Below, piece after piece: positions 39,688-50,243 of a stretch of 64,000 nt of DNA. The stretch lies in assembly GCA_902528415.1 (NCBI GenBank), contig CABZSR010000008.1:8832-72831 (forward strand). Reading direction: 5' to 3'. Position 1 is the stretch's first letter. The number at the start of each line of letters is the position of its first letter. The notes under the pieces were generated by a model that was not told the DNA's origin, did no database searches, and was given only the letters and a program-made list of their open reading frames with translations. The position numbers and the translations under genes were made by a program. The DNA is from an uncultured SAR116 cluster alpha proteobacterium (GTDB taxonomy: Bacteria; Pseudomonadota; Alphaproteobacteria; Puniceispirillales; Marisalimonadaceae).

Positions 39688-39778
39688 TAAGTGTAACAAT
39701 AATTATTTTGTTGAATTTTTGTTAAAATCGATGATTTTTCTACATTTAATAACTATTAATCATTAGAAAGGAATTACT

Positions 39779-40702
39779 ATGACTCTTTCAGCCTCAACTA
39801 TAAAAGAACTTAGAGAAAAAAGTGGTGCAGGTATGATGGATTGTAAAAAGGCACTTACTGCAACTGATGGTAATATGGAAGAAGCCATAGATTGGCTCAG
39901 AAAACAAGGACTTTCGGCTGTCGCAAAAAAATCAGGTAGAGTGGCTGCTGAAGGATTAATAGGGGTTACTATAAACAATAATTCTGGAGCAATGGTAGAA
40001 ATTAATTCTGAAACGGATTTTGTAGCTAGAAATGAATTATTTCAAAATTTCGTTAAAACTTGCAGTACTCTTGTCTTATCAAGCAAAAATGATATAGAAG
40101 CATTGCAAAAACTTCCTTTTCCAAATTCTGATAGAACCGTAAATCAAGAGCTTTCTAATAATATTGCTACTATTGGTGAAAATATGAACATAAGACGAGT
40201 AGAGTTTTTAGAAGTATCAGAGGGTATATTGGTGTCATATATTCATAATAATGTTGCTGATGGCTTGGGAAGATTAGGTGTTCTAGTAGCTTTGGAATCT
40301 AAAGCTGAAAATAATAATTTATTAGAAACTGGAAAACAAGTTGCAATGCATATAGCAGCCACCTCTCCTAAATCTCTGAACATTGAAGATTTAGATCCAC
40401 AAATTGTTGAAAGAGAGAGAGAAGTTCTTATTGATCAGGCGATGGCATCAGGAAAGCCTAAAGAAATAGCTGAGAAAATGGTTCAAGGTAGAATGAATAA
40501 ATTTTATCAAGAAGTTGTATTAAATGAACAAGTGTTTGTTGTAGATGGTGAAACTAAAATTAAAGATCTTATAAAAAAGTTATCGTCAGATATTAATCAC
40601 GATGTTAAGATTAAGGGCTTTAAAATTCTTAAGTTAGGTGATGGAATTGAAGTAGGTGAAAGTAATTTTGCTGCAGATGTAGCAGCAACAGCAGGTATAT
40701 AA
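39779..40702 (+). CDS. tsf: Elongation factor Ts
   Basis: GAGMMDCKKAL, ETDFVA. Confidence 0.98.
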   Translation: MTLSASTIKELREKSGAGMMDCKKALTATDGNMEEAIDWLRKQGLSAVAKKSGRVAAEGLIGVTINNNSGAMVEINSETDFVARNELFQNFVKTCSTLVLSSKNDIEALQKLPFPNSDRTVNQELSNNIATIGENMNIRRVEFLEVSEGILVSYIHNNVADGLGRLGVLVALESKAENNNLLETGKQVAMHIAATSPKSLNIEDLDPQIVEREREVLIDQAMASGKPKEIAEKMVQGRMNKFYQEVVLNEQVFVVDGETKIKDLIKKLSSDINHDVKIKGFKILKLGDGIEVGESNFAADVAATAGI

Positions 40703-40728
40703 TGATAATTTAAAATTATGGAATAAAA

Positions 40729-41445
40729 TTGACTAATTTTAAATGGAATAAAATTCTTCTTAAAATCTCAGGTGAATCCCTGATGGGCAAAGATTCGTTT
40801 GGGATTAATCCCTTAGTAGTACAGTCATTTGCAAAACAAATAAAAAAAGTAATTAACTCAGGCTTACAAATTTGTATTGTAGTTGGTGGTGGTAATATCT
40901 ACAGGGGTGTATCTACTAGCAATAGTGAAATGGACAGGGCTACTGGAGACTATATGGGAATGTTAGCAACTGTAATGAATAGTCTCGCCATTCAAAATGC
41001 AATGGAACAGTTGGGTGTTCAAACAAGAGTTCAGTCCGCTCTCCCAATATCAGCTGTTTGTGAGCCATATATAAGGAGAAGAGCAAAAAGACATATGGAA
41101 AAAGGAAGAGTTGTAATATTCGCAGCTGGAACTGGTAATCCTTATTTTACAACTGATACTGCAGCTGCTCTTAGAGCTTCCGAAATGAATTGTGATGCAA
41201 TTATAAAAGCAACTCTTGTAGATGGGGTATATTCAGCGGATCCTAAAAAAGATAATAAAGCAGTCAAATATGATATACTTAGTTATTTGGATGTTTTGAG
41301 TAAAGATTTGAAGGTTATGGATGCTTCAGCTATATCTCTTGCTAGAGAAAATAAAATACCTATTATAATATGCTCTATAATTAAGGATGATAATCTTAAC
41401 AAGGTCTTAAAAGGTCAAGGTACATTTACTCTAATTACTGATTAA
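40729..41445 (+). CDS. pyrH: UMP kinase
   Basis: [30 protein letters not shown]. Confidence 0.97.
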   Translation: MTNFKWNKILLKISGESLMGKDSFGINPLVVQSFAKQIKKVINSGLQICIVVGGGNIYRGVSTSNSEMDRATGDYMGMLATVMNSLAIQNAMEQLGVQTRVQSALPISAVCEPYIRRRAKRHMEKGRVVIFAAGTGNPYFTTDTAAALRASEMNCDAIIKATLVDGVYSADPKKDNKAVKYDILSYLDVLSKDLKVMDASAISLARENKIPIIICSIIKDDNLNKVLKGQGTFTLITD

Positions 41446-41456
41446 AAGGAGGTTTT

Positions 41457-42014
41457 ATGGTAGAAATCAATCCCACTGAAATTAAACTTCGAATGAGCAA
41501 AGCAATTAATAGTTTTAAAAAAGATTTAAGTGGTTTAAGAGTTGGCAGAGCCTCATCATCAATGCTTGATCAAATAAATGTTAATGCTTATGGCAGCTCT
41601 ATGCCCATAAATCAAATTAGTACAATCAGTGTTCCAGAAGCAAGATTATTATTAGTATCAGTTTGGGATAGTTCACTTGTATTAAACACTGAAAAAAGCA
41701 TTAGAGAAAGTCCATTAGGTCTGAATCCTATGGTTGAAGGCAACGTTATTAGAATAGCAATTCCAGCGTTGTCAGAAGATAGAAGGATAGAAATAACAAA
41801 AGTTGCTGCAAAGTATGCAGAAAATGCAAAAATAGCTGTCAGGAATATCAGAAGGGATAATATAGAAAATATTAGAAAGCTTCAAAAAAATGGTGAAATA
41901 AGTCAAGATCAAAAGCATCAGGACGAATTACTCATACAAGATATTACTGATGAAATTATAAAAAGTATCGATGATATTTTGTTAAATAAAGAAAAAGAAA
42001 TTTTAGAAAATTAA
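41457..42014 (+). CDS. frr: Ribosome recycling factor
   Basis: LRVGRA, LSEDRR, AVRNIRRD. Confidence 0.97.
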   Translation: MVEINPTEIKLRMSKAINSFKKDLSGLRVGRASSSMLDQINVNAYGSSMPINQISTISVPEARLLLVSVWDSSLVLNTEKSIRESPLGLNPMVEGNVIRIAIPALSEDRRIEITKVAAKYAENAKIAVRNIRRDNIENIRKLQKNGEISQDQKHQDELLIQDITDEIIKSIDDILLNKEKEILEN

Positions 42015-42016
42015 TT

Positions 42017-42697
42017 ATGAAACTTAATCATTTAGCCATCATAATGGACGGCAATAGGCGCTGGGCAATTTCTAATAATTTACCTTCGTACCACGGGCAC
42101 CAAAAAGGCGCTGATAATTTATGGAATATGATTAACGACATAGATAATTATTCATTAAAATATTTAACGGTTTTTATTTTTTCCACAGAAAATTGGAAAA
42201 GATCTAAAAAAGAAATATCATTTTTAATGGAATTATTGAATAAATTTTTAGATGACACTATTTCAAAAATCAAAGATGAAAATATTAAAATTAGGTTCAT
42301 AGGTGACTTATCAGTTTTCAATAAAAATATTCAAAATAAACTTCATCGTATTATTGATGAAACATTAAAGAATACAGGTGTTACAGTCAGTTTAGCTCTA
42401 AATTATGGTGGTAGATCTGATATAATTTCAGCTCTTAATAAGATTTTAAAAAACAATAGTATTTCTGAAATAATTAAAGAGCACGATTTTAAAAAATTTA
42501 CTTTGAATGGAGATCTTCCATACCCAGACCTTTTAATTCGAACTGGAGGAGAGAAGAGATTGTCTAACTTTTTACTATGGGATTTGGCTTATACTGAATT
42601 GATGTTTTTAGATAAAATGTGGCCAGACTTTGATAAGATAACGTTAGAAAAATGTATTCATAATTTTAATAAAAGAGTAAGAAATTATGGGGTATGA
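42017..42697 (+). CDS. uppS: Undecaprenyl diphosphate synthase
   Basis: IMDGNRRWA, FSTENWKR, RTGGEKRLSNFLLW. Confidence 0.97.
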   Translation: MKLNHLAIIMDGNRRWAISNNLPSYHGHQKGADNLWNMINDIDNYSLKYLTVFIFSTENWKRSKKEISFLMELLNKFLDDTISKIKDENIKIRFIGDLSVFNKNIQNKLHRIIDETLKNTGVTVSLALNYGGRSDIISALNKILKNNSISEIIKEHDFKKFTLNGDLPYPDLLIRTGGEKRLSNFLLWDLAYTELMFLDKMWPDFDKITLEKCIHNFNKRVRNYGV

Positions 42698-43527
42698 TAA
42701 TTAATTTACATATTAAATTTAAAAATCTTTTTAATGTTAAAGAATTTAAGCTGAGGATTTTGTCTACAGTAATTCTTTTATGCTTGTTTTATGGATTATA
42801 TATTTTAGGAAATCCATTTTTCTCTTTTTTCTTTATTATAATTTTTTTCATATTATTTTATGAGTTTGAATTTATATGTTGGAATAAAATAAAAAAAAAC
42901 CAAATTTTTAAGATTTTAATTTTTCAATTTTTATTATTAACATTCCTAACAAGTGAAATATACGTATTAAATATAATTGTTGAATTTTCTAATTTCTTAG
43001 TTCTTTTAACTTTTTCTCTTTTTATTAATTTATTGTTTTTAAAAACACATATTAATTGGCTATCCTTTTTTATTTCTAATTTAATAATTTTATCTTTTTT
43101 TTCTTTAATTAATATTTTAATACAGCCCGGTGGTTTGAACTATTTCTTATATTTAGTAATATTAATCAGCACAATGGACATTTTTGCATATCTTGGTGGT
43201 AAAATTTTTGGCAATCAAAAAATAGCTCCAAAAATTAGTAAAGGAAAAACAGTTGAAGGAACTCTAATTGGCCTATGTGTTACAATTTTAATGTCTATAA
43301 CGACAAAATATTTAGTAAATTTTGATACTTTTCAAGCTTTCATTGCTGGTTTCTTAATAGGTTTATTAGCTTTTTTTGGAGATCTCTTAGAGTCTCATTT
43401 AAAAAGAGACATAGGTGTTAAAGACAGTGGTAAAGTAATACCAGGTCATGGTGGTGTGATGGATAGATTTGATGGTTATTTTTTGACATTACCAATCTAT
43501 AACGTTTATTTAGTAAACTATTTTTAG
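42694..43527 (+). CDS. cdsA: Phosphatidate cytidylyltransferase
   Basis: DIFAYLGG, KTVEG, KDSG..IPGHGGVMDRFD. Confidence 0.95.
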   Translation: MIINLHIKFKNLFNVKEFKLRILSTVILLCLFYGLYILGNPFFSFFFIIIFFILFYEFEFICWNKIKKNQIFKILIFQFLLLTFLTSEIYVLNIIVEFSNFLVLLTFSLFINLLFLKTHINWLSFFISNLIILSFFSLINILIQPGGLNYFLYLVILISTMDIFAYLGGKIFGNQKIAPKISKGKTVEGTLIGLCVTILMSITTKYLVNFDTFQAFIAGFLIGLLAFFGDLLESHLKRDIGVKDSGKVIPGHGGVMDRFDGYFLTLPIYNVYLVNYF

Positions 43528-43534
43528 GGTAGTT

Positions 43535-44683
43535 ATGAAAAGTAAAAAAGATATAATTTTATTAGGATCGACAGGATCAATAGGTGAATCATCTTTGCGA
43601 TTAATAAGAGAAAATAGAGATAAATTTAATCTTATAGGCGTTTCAGCACACAATAATGTAAGACTATTAAGTGAAATCGTCAATGAATTTGATGTCCCTA
43701 ATGTAGTTTTATCAAATGCCACAAACGCCAATAAATATTTTGGAAAAAATGAATTGCATGTAGGTTCATTATGCTTAATAGAATTAGCAAAAATTAAGTG
43801 TGACATTGTAATAACTGGTATAATAGGTATGTCGGGATTGCATTCAGCATATGCTGCTATCAATTCTGGAAATAATCTAGCAATAGCCAATAAAGAAACT
43901 TTAGTTGCCGCTGGAAAAATTTTCATTAATAAGTCAAAAGAAAAAAATGTTAAAATTTTACCAGTTGACTCAGAACATAGTGCCATCTTTCAGTGTCTTA
44001 ATAACAAAAATATTTCCAATTTAGACTATATTACTCTAACTGCCTCTGGTGGGCCATTTTTAAACACACCACTTAAAGAATTCAAAAATATAAAGCCTCA
44101 AGATGCAATTAGACATCCTGTTTGGAAAATGGGAAAAAAAATTTCTGTCGATAGTGCTACCATGATAAACAAAGCCCTTGAAATTATTGAAGCGTCCGTT
44201 TTATTTAATCTTTCTAGCAACAAAATTGATGTCTTAGTTCATCCAGAGCATATAATTCATGGTTTAGTTCATTATAAGGATGGATCAGTTATTGCAAATT
44301 TAGGTCTACCAGATATGATTACTCCTATAAGTGTGGCATTAACCTGGCCAGAGAGATTAAACCTAAATTTAAAAAAAATGTCATTAGTAAATATTAATAA
44401 ACTAACTTTTTTTAAACCTGACTTAAAAAAATTTCCTGGTTTAAAACTTGGTTGGGACGCTCTTCAAAGTCCTTACTGTTCTCCTGTGGTACTTAATGCC
44501 TCAAATGAAATAGCAGTTGATTGTTTTCTTAAAAACAAAATTAAATTTACAGATATTTTTAATATTGTTGAAGAAACGCTTAATTTTTACAATCCTGCAA
44601 AACCTAAAAATATAGACGACATTATAGAAACAGATAAAATTGCAAGGAAACATGCATTAAAATTTATTGACAAGGTAAAATAA
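43535..44683 (+). CDS. dxr: 1-deoxy-D-xylulose 5-phosphate reductoisomerase
   Basis: LGSTGSIG, ANKE, PVDSEH, TASGGPF, NKALEIIEA. Confidence 0.97.
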   Translation: MKSKKDIILLGSTGSIGESSLRLIRENRDKFNLIGVSAHNNVRLLSEIVNEFDVPNVVLSNATNANKYFGKNELHVGSLCLIELAKIKCDIVITGIIGMSGLHSAYAAINSGNNLAIANKETLVAAGKIFINKSKEKNVKILPVDSEHSAIFQCLNNKNISNLDYITLTASGGPFLNTPLKEFKNIKPQDAIRHPVWKMGKKISVDSATMINKALEIIEASVLFNLSSNKIDVLVHPEHIIHGLVHYKDGSVIANLGLPDMITPISVALTWPERLNLNLKKMSLVNINKLTFFKPDLKKFPGLKLGWDALQSPYCSPVVLNASNEIAVDCFLKNKIKFTDIFNIVEETLNFYNPAKPKNIDDIIETDKIARKHALKFIDKVK

Positions 44684-44684
44684 T

Positions 44685-45767
44685 ATGATTGAAACAAGTT
44701 TTTTTAACGCTTTAATTGGTTTTTTTATTGTTTTAACACCTTTAATTTTTATACATGAGCTCGGGCATTATTTAGCTGCTATAAAATCTAGAGTTAAAGT
44801 TGAATCGTTTTCTATTGGATTTGGACCTGAGTTATTAGGATATACTGATAAAAGGAATACTAGATGGAAATTCTCCCTTTTGCCTCTAGGTGGTTATGTC
44901 AAAATGAAGGGTGAATTAATTGCTAATGAAGAATCAAAAAATGAAGATAATGATACTTTTTTAAAAGCAACTTTAAAAAACAGATTCCTAATTATTTTTT
45001 CGGGGCCTTTGGCTAATCTTTTATTAGGCTTTTTTTTAATAACTTCAGTTTTTTACTTCAATGGAAAGTATGAAAGTCCTCCAATAATAAATACTATAAT
45101 ATCTAACCAACCAGCTGAAATAGCTGGTCTCAAGCCGGGAGACGTTATAAAAAAAATAAATCAAAAAGTCATTAACAATTTTAATGATGTTAAGACAATT
45201 GTAGAAAAAAATCCTAACATCTCTCTTACTTTCCTAATTGAAAGAAATAATGTTGTTCTTATTAAAAATATTATTCCCAATGATCACTTTAATAATATTT
45301 ATAAGCAAAATGTTGGTAGAATTGGTGTTACGGCTTTATCAGGAGAATTACAAAAATTAGATTTTCATGAAGCTGTATTTGTTGGTTTAAAACAATATTA
45401 TACAATGACATTAGGATGGTTTTATGGTCTTAAATTATTTATAACAGGTAACGTAGAAAAAAAAGATATTGCGGGACCTATTAAAATAGCCAAAATTTCT
45501 GGTTCAGTTTTAGAAAAGGGTATTATAGAGATTTTAATATTTATGTCAGTTATGTCCATTAATTTAGGATTAATAAATTTACTACCGATACCAGTTTTGG
45601 ACGGAGGACATTTATGTTTTTATATTTATGAAGCTATTTTTAATAGGCCTTTACCTAGTATAGTTCAAAATGTGTTATTAAGATTTGGACTAATTTTTTT
45701 GGTTAGTTTAATGATTTTGGTAATTGCATTTGATTTGGGTTTTTTAAATATAAATGGTATACAATAA
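44685..45767 (+). CDS. rseP: RIP metalloprotease RseP
   Basis: HELGH, one PDZ domain, NLLPIPVLDGG. Confidence 0.95.
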   Translation: MIETSFFNALIGFFIVLTPLIFIHELGHYLAAIKSRVKVESFSIGFGPELLGYTDKRNTRWKFSLLPLGGYVKMKGELIANEESKNEDNDTFLKATLKNRFLIIFSGPLANLLLGFFLITSVFYFNGKYESPPIINTIISNQPAEIAGLKPGDVIKKINQKVINNFNDVKTIVEKNPNISLTFLIERNNVVLIKNIIPNDHFNNIYKQNVGRIGVTALSGELQKLDFHEAVFVGLKQYYTMTLGWFYGLKLFITGNVEKKDIAGPIKIAKISGSVLEKGIIEILIFMSVMSINLGLINLLPIPVLDGGHLCFYIYEAIFNRPLPSIVQNVLLRFGLIFLVSLMILVIAFDLGFLNINGIQ

Positions 45768-45788
45768 AAAAAAAGCCTATAAAATATT

Positions 45789-48062
45789 GTGATGTATATG
45801 CATAATTTAAATTTTTTTTTGAAAACACTTATTACTATTTTGTTAATATTTTTTATTAGCTTTTCTTATGCTGATACATTAACAATTAAAAAAATTATTG
45901 TTAGTGGAGAAAAAAGACTGTCAAAGTCGTTCATTCTTAATTTTTTACCTACTTATCCAAATACTAAATTTAACGATGAGGTTTTAAATCAATTTACCAA
46001 AGATTTGTATAATACTGGTTTATTTTCAGAAGTTAATTTGGAAATAAAAAAAGATATATTACAAATAATTGTTAATGAATATCCTATAATAAACGAAGTC
46101 TCTTTTTCTGGTAATGATTTATTAGATAACGAACAATTAAATGATATTGCTATGATTTCCCCCAGAGACACATTAAATCTAGACAAAATTAATGAGGCTG
46201 TTGACAAAATAAGAACAGAATATCAAAAAATTGGTAGATATTTAGCAGAGGTTAAACCTCAAAAAGTAAAATTAGGAGAAGGCCGAGTTAACTTAAATTT
46301 TGTTATAAATGAAGGTTCTTTATTGACTGTTAAGAATATTAATTTTGTTGGTAATCAAAATTTTTCTAATAATGAATTGAAATCCATAATTTCAACAAAA
46401 GAAGACGCCTGGTACAAATTATTTGGTTCAAATAAATTTGTACCAGAACGTCTGGAATATGATAGAAAGAAATTAAAAGAGTTCTATAATCAGAGAGGAT
46501 ATATAGACTTCAAAGTTGAAATAGCTAGGGGCGATCTTTTGCCAGATATTTCAGGTTTCAATTTGAATTTCATAGTTAAAGAAGGCAAAAGATACACCGT
46601 TAATGACTTAGTTATTGAATCTTCATTGATTAATGACAACAAAAAGAAGTTATTACTTAAAGAAATTTACCTAAAAAAAGAAGAATATTTTAATTCTAGA
46701 GCTCTAGATGCAAGCATTAAGTTTCTTGTTGAGGAATTTGAACTTCTTGGATTTAATTTTATTAGAGTATTTCCTAAAATTAAAAAAGACAAAAATTTAG
46801 TAAATATTTTATTTTCTATCAATGAAGGTTCTGAAAAATATATTAATAAAATTACAATTATTGGTAATACAAGGACTAATGACAACGTTATTAGAAGAGA
46901 ATTGTCTTTATTAGAAGGTGATCCATTTAATAAAAGTAAACTTACAACTTCAATTAGTGCTTTGAGAAGATTAGGTTATTTTCAGTCTGTAACTTATAGC
47001 TTAGATGAAATTGATACAAATTTAATAGATATAAAATTAGATGTTAAAGAAACTAATACAGGGGCTGTAAGTTTTGGTGTTGGTTATTCGTCACTAAATA
47101 ATACTTCATTCTCGTTTGGTTTAAATGAAAAGAATTTTCTTGGTGAAGGTAAAAAAGTAAGATTACAAGCTGATCTGTCTGAAAAAAAATCCACTTATAA
47201 TATAGGTGTAACTGAACCATATTTTTTAGATAGACACTTATCATTATATGGAGATATTTTTAATCAAGAGACTGAGAATAAAAAAGGCGACATTAAGTCT
47301 AGTTCTTCTGGATTTGGTTTTGGAATAGGTTTTACCAATGAAACCCTAACGCAAAGTTTTAAATATAAATTGTCAACTTCTGAGACTACTACTTCATCCA
47401 CCTCAACTGCTGCTTCCGAAACTGGTGAAGAAGGAATAGAAATTATAACTTCTTCAATAACACATAGTATTTCAAAAGATACTCGAGATAGTTATTTCAA
47501 TCCAACCTCTGGATATAACTGGAAATTTAGCAATACTGTAGCTGGTATTGGAGGAGATGCAATTTTTTATAAATCAATTCTTAATTCAAGAATTTATTAT
47601 CCAATAGATTATGGAGATTATGTTTTTGGGTTTAAGTCTGGTGCAGGATTTATTACTGCTATAGATGATAAAATAACGTCATCTAATCGTTTTTTTCTAG
47701 GTGGTAAAAAGTTAAGAGGTTTTGATAATGGAGGTTTAGGGCCTAGAGACACTGGTAACAATCAAGCTGTTGGAGGAAATAATTTTTATAATTTTTCGTT
47801 TGAATTAAAATCAAACAAATTCATGCCTGAAGATACTGGTTTAGAATGGCTTATATTCTCTGATATAGGATCAATTTGGGGAACAGATTATAAGACCAAT
47901 GTAAAAGGATTTGATGATATTGAGCCTAGAATTTCTAGTGGTTTTGGACTGGCAATGGTTACACCTGTTGGACCTCTACAAATGATTTGGGGTTTCCCAT
48001 TACAAAGCCAAGATCATGACATAGAAGAAAATTTTCAATTTTCAATTGGAACAAACTTTTAA
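45789..48062 (+). CDS. bamA: Outer membrane protein assembly factor BamA
   Basis: POTRA repeats (GNTRTNDNVIRRE), LRGF motif, C-terminal FQFSIGTNF; exact start uncertain. Confidence 0.96.
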   Translation: MMYMHNLNFFLKTLITILLIFFISFSYADTLTIKKIIVSGEKRLSKSFILNFLPTYPNTKFNDEVLNQFTKDLYNTGLFSEVNLEIKKDILQIIVNEYPIINEVSFSGNDLLDNEQLNDIAMISPRDTLNLDKINEAVDKIRTEYQKIGRYLAEVKPQKVKLGEGRVNLNFVINEGSLLTVKNINFVGNQNFSNNELKSIISTKEDAWYKLFGSNKFVPERLEYDRKKLKEFYNQRGYIDFKVEIARGDLLPDISGFNLNFIVKEGKRYTVNDLVIESSLINDNKKKLLLKEIYLKKEEYFNSRALDASIKFLVEEFELLGFNFIRVFPKIKKDKNLVNILFSINEGSEKYINKITIIGNTRTNDNVIRRELSLLEGDPFNKSKLTTSISALRRLGYFQSVTYSLDEIDTNLIDIKLDVKETNTGAVSFGVGYSSLNNTSFSFGLNEKNFLGEGKKVRLQADLSEKKSTYNIGVTEPYFLDRHLSLYGDIFNQETENKKGDIKSSSSGFGFGIGFTNETLTQSFKYKLSTSETTTSSTSTAASETGEEGIEIITSSITHSISKDTRDSYFNPTSGYNWKFSNTVAGIGGDAIFYKSILNSRIYYPIDYGDYVFGFKSGAGFITAIDDKITSSNRFFLGGKKLRGFDNGGLGPRDTGNNQAVGGNNFYNFSFELKSNKFMPEDTGLEWLIFSDIGSIWGTDYKTNVKGFDDIEPRISSGFGLAMVTPVGPLQMIWGFPLQSQDHDIEENFQFSIGTNF

Positions 48063-48087
48063 ATATTTTTCAAATAAAGGGCAGTAA

Positions 48088-48693
48088 ATGCTTTTTACAA
48101 AAATTATAATTATTTCGAGTTGTATTTATGGTAGCACACATTCATCTTTAATGATGCATAGAAGTGACTGCTTTATGAGTAATCCAAATAAGTATTTAAT
48201 CTCTAACATACCCGACACACATGAAATAGGTATAGTTGATTTCAGATATATATTAAAGAAGTCAAATGCCATGAAAACTTTAGGTAACAAATTTTTATTA
48301 TTTGAAAAAAAAATTATTGAAAAATTTAAACGTAAACAAAACGATCTTAAGAAAAAAGAAAAAATGATTATAAAAGAAAAGTCAAAATTAACTGAGGTAG
48401 AATATAAAAAAAAAATGAAGTTCTTCAAAGAAGATGTTTCAAAATTACAAAAAAATTATAAAGATGAAAGGTCAATATTAAATAATTCATTCCAAAATAT
48501 TCAAAAAAAAATAAAAGATTTATTGGCACAAGTAGTAAAAGATGTATCAGTTAAAAAAAATATAAATGTAGTTTTTTTAAAAGAAAATATTTTTTTATTT
48601 AATAATCCAAGTATAGATTTAACATCCGAAGTTCTTGATCTATTTAATAAGAAAACAAAATCGTTAAAAATAATCATAACTCCATCTAAGTGA
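48088..48693 (+). CDS. skp: Skp/OmpH periplasmic chaperone (divergent N-terminus)
   Basis: IGIVDF, long basic coiled coil, IDLTSEVL; lies between bamA and lpxD. Confidence 0.8.
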   Translation: MLFTKIIIISSCIYGSTHSSLMMHRSDCFMSNPNKYLISNIPDTHEIGIVDFRYILKKSNAMKTLGNKFLLFEKKIIEKFKRKQNDLKKKEKMIIKEKSKLTEVEYKKKMKFFKEDVSKLQKNYKDERSILNNSFQNIQKKIKDLLAQVVKDVSVKKNINVVFLKENIFLFNNPSIDLTSEVLDLFNKKTKSLKIIITPSK

Positions 48694-48709
48694 ATTTAAA
48701 GGCTTTTTT

Positions 48710-49762
48710 ATGAATAATTTTTTTTTTAAAATTGAGTATAAAATTAAGTTAACCGAGATTTTAAATATTCTTAAGGTGTCAAGAATAGATTTTTTGAATA
48801 TAAATAAAAAAATAAATAAAAATATTGAAAATATTTTTATTAAAGATTTTGTTTCATTGTCAAATTTAAAAAAAGATAAATTGTCTTTTTATACTAACAA
48901 GAAACATGATTTAAAAACTGTTTCTTCAGGTATTTGTATTATTGAAAAAAAAAATTCAAATCTAATAAATAATGAAGTTATTAAAATTCCGTATAATAAT
49001 CCAAAAAAAGGTTTTTCAATAATTTTGGAGAAATATTTTGGTAACTTTCATCTCAAAAATAAAATTAATAACATTCATCCTTCAGCAATTGTTCACAAAA
49101 CAGCAAAAATTGGTAATAATGTTTCTATTGGTCCATTTTCTTTTATAGATAAAGGAGTAGTTATAGGGGATGATACTTTTATTTCAGAAAGAGTTAGTAT
49201 TTCTTGTAACTGTAAAATTGGCAAAGGGTGTTTTTTGGGTGTTGGGTCAGTTATTGAATATACAATAATAGATAAAAAAGTAATTATATCGTCTAATACA
49301 GTTATTGGAAAGTCTGGTTTTGGATTTATACCTAATAAATCAAAAACACATTTAATTCCTCATATTGGTGGTGTTTTTATTGGCGAGGGTACTAATATAG
49401 GTGCAGGTTGTACCATAGATAGGGGCCTGCTTGATGATACCTTTATAGGTAAATATGTTATGATAGATAATCAAGTACATGTTGGACATAACTCAACCAT
49501 TGATGACTTTTGTATTTTAGCTGGTCAGGTTGGTTTGTCTGGATCTGTGGTATTAAAAAAAAATGTGACTATTGGTGGTGATGTTAGTATTAAGGATAAT
49601 ATTACTATTGGTGAAGATTCTGTTATTGCTGGTGCTTCAAAAGTTTTTAATAGTTTTCCAAAAGGAAGTTATATTGGAGGGAGTCCTGCACAGGACATTC
49701 AAGATTGGAAAAGAATAGTTGCATCTCAAAGGTTAAATCTAAAAAAAAGAAAGAATAATTAA
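48710..49762 (+). CDS. lpxD: UDP-3-O-acylglucosamine N-acyltransferase
   Basis: Hexapeptide repeats, GFGF, TIDRG, IDNQVHVGHN. Confidence 0.95.
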   Translation: MNNFFFKIEYKIKLTEILNILKVSRIDFLNINKKINKNIENIFIKDFVSLSNLKKDKLSFYTNKKHDLKTVSSGICIIEKKNSNLINNEVIKIPYNNPKKGFSIILEKYFGNFHLKNKINNIHPSAIVHKTAKIGNNVSIGPFSFIDKGVVIGDDTFISERVSISCNCKIGKGCFLGVGSVIEYTIIDKKVIISSNTVIGKSGFGFIPNKSKTHLIPHIGGVFIGEGTNIGAGCTIDRGLLDDTFIGKYVMIDNQVHVGHNSTIDDFCILAGQVGLSGSVVLKKNVTIGGDVSIKDNITIGEDSVIAGASKVFNSFPKGSYIGGSPAQDIQDWKRIVASQRLNLKKRKNN

Positions 49763-49763
49763 A

Positions 49764-50243
49764 ATGGTTCTAAAAAATGATAATGGAGATCTATTAACTC
49801 TTTTACATAATGATATAATCAAGCTGATACCACACAGGCATCCTTTTTTATTGATAGACAAAATTACTGATATTAATTTAAATAAAAGTATAACTGGTAT
49901 AAAAGTAGTTACTTTTAATGAACCATATTTTCCTGGACATTTTCCTGAATATCCAGTCATGCCTGGAGTGCTTATCTTGGAAGGGATGGCTCAAACTGCT
50001 GCTTGTTTAATATCATACGAATATCAGTCTCTATCTAAAAATAATCTTGTTTTTTTTACTGGCATTGATAAAGCAAAATTTAGAAAACCTGTTACTCCCG
50101 GGCATATGTTACTCTATAAAATTTATCTAATTACTAGTAAAAAATCATTATATAAATTTAGAGGAGAAGCTTTTGTTGAAGAAAAATTAGTAGCTTCATC
50201 TGAATTTTCTGCAATGTTAGTTGATAAGGAAAAAGCTAAATGA
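49764..50243 (+). CDS. fabZ: 3-hydroxyacyl-ACP dehydratase
   Basis: PHRHPFLLID, GHFP, PGVLILEGMAQ. Confidence 0.97.
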   Translation: MVLKNDNGDLLTLLHNDIIKLIPHRHPFLLIDKITDINLNKSITGIKVVTFNEPYFPGHFPEYPVMPGVLILEGMAQTAACLISYEYQSLSKNNLVFFTGIDKAKFRKPVTPGHMLLYKIYLITSKKSLYKFRGEAFVEEKLVASSEFSAMLVDKEKAK

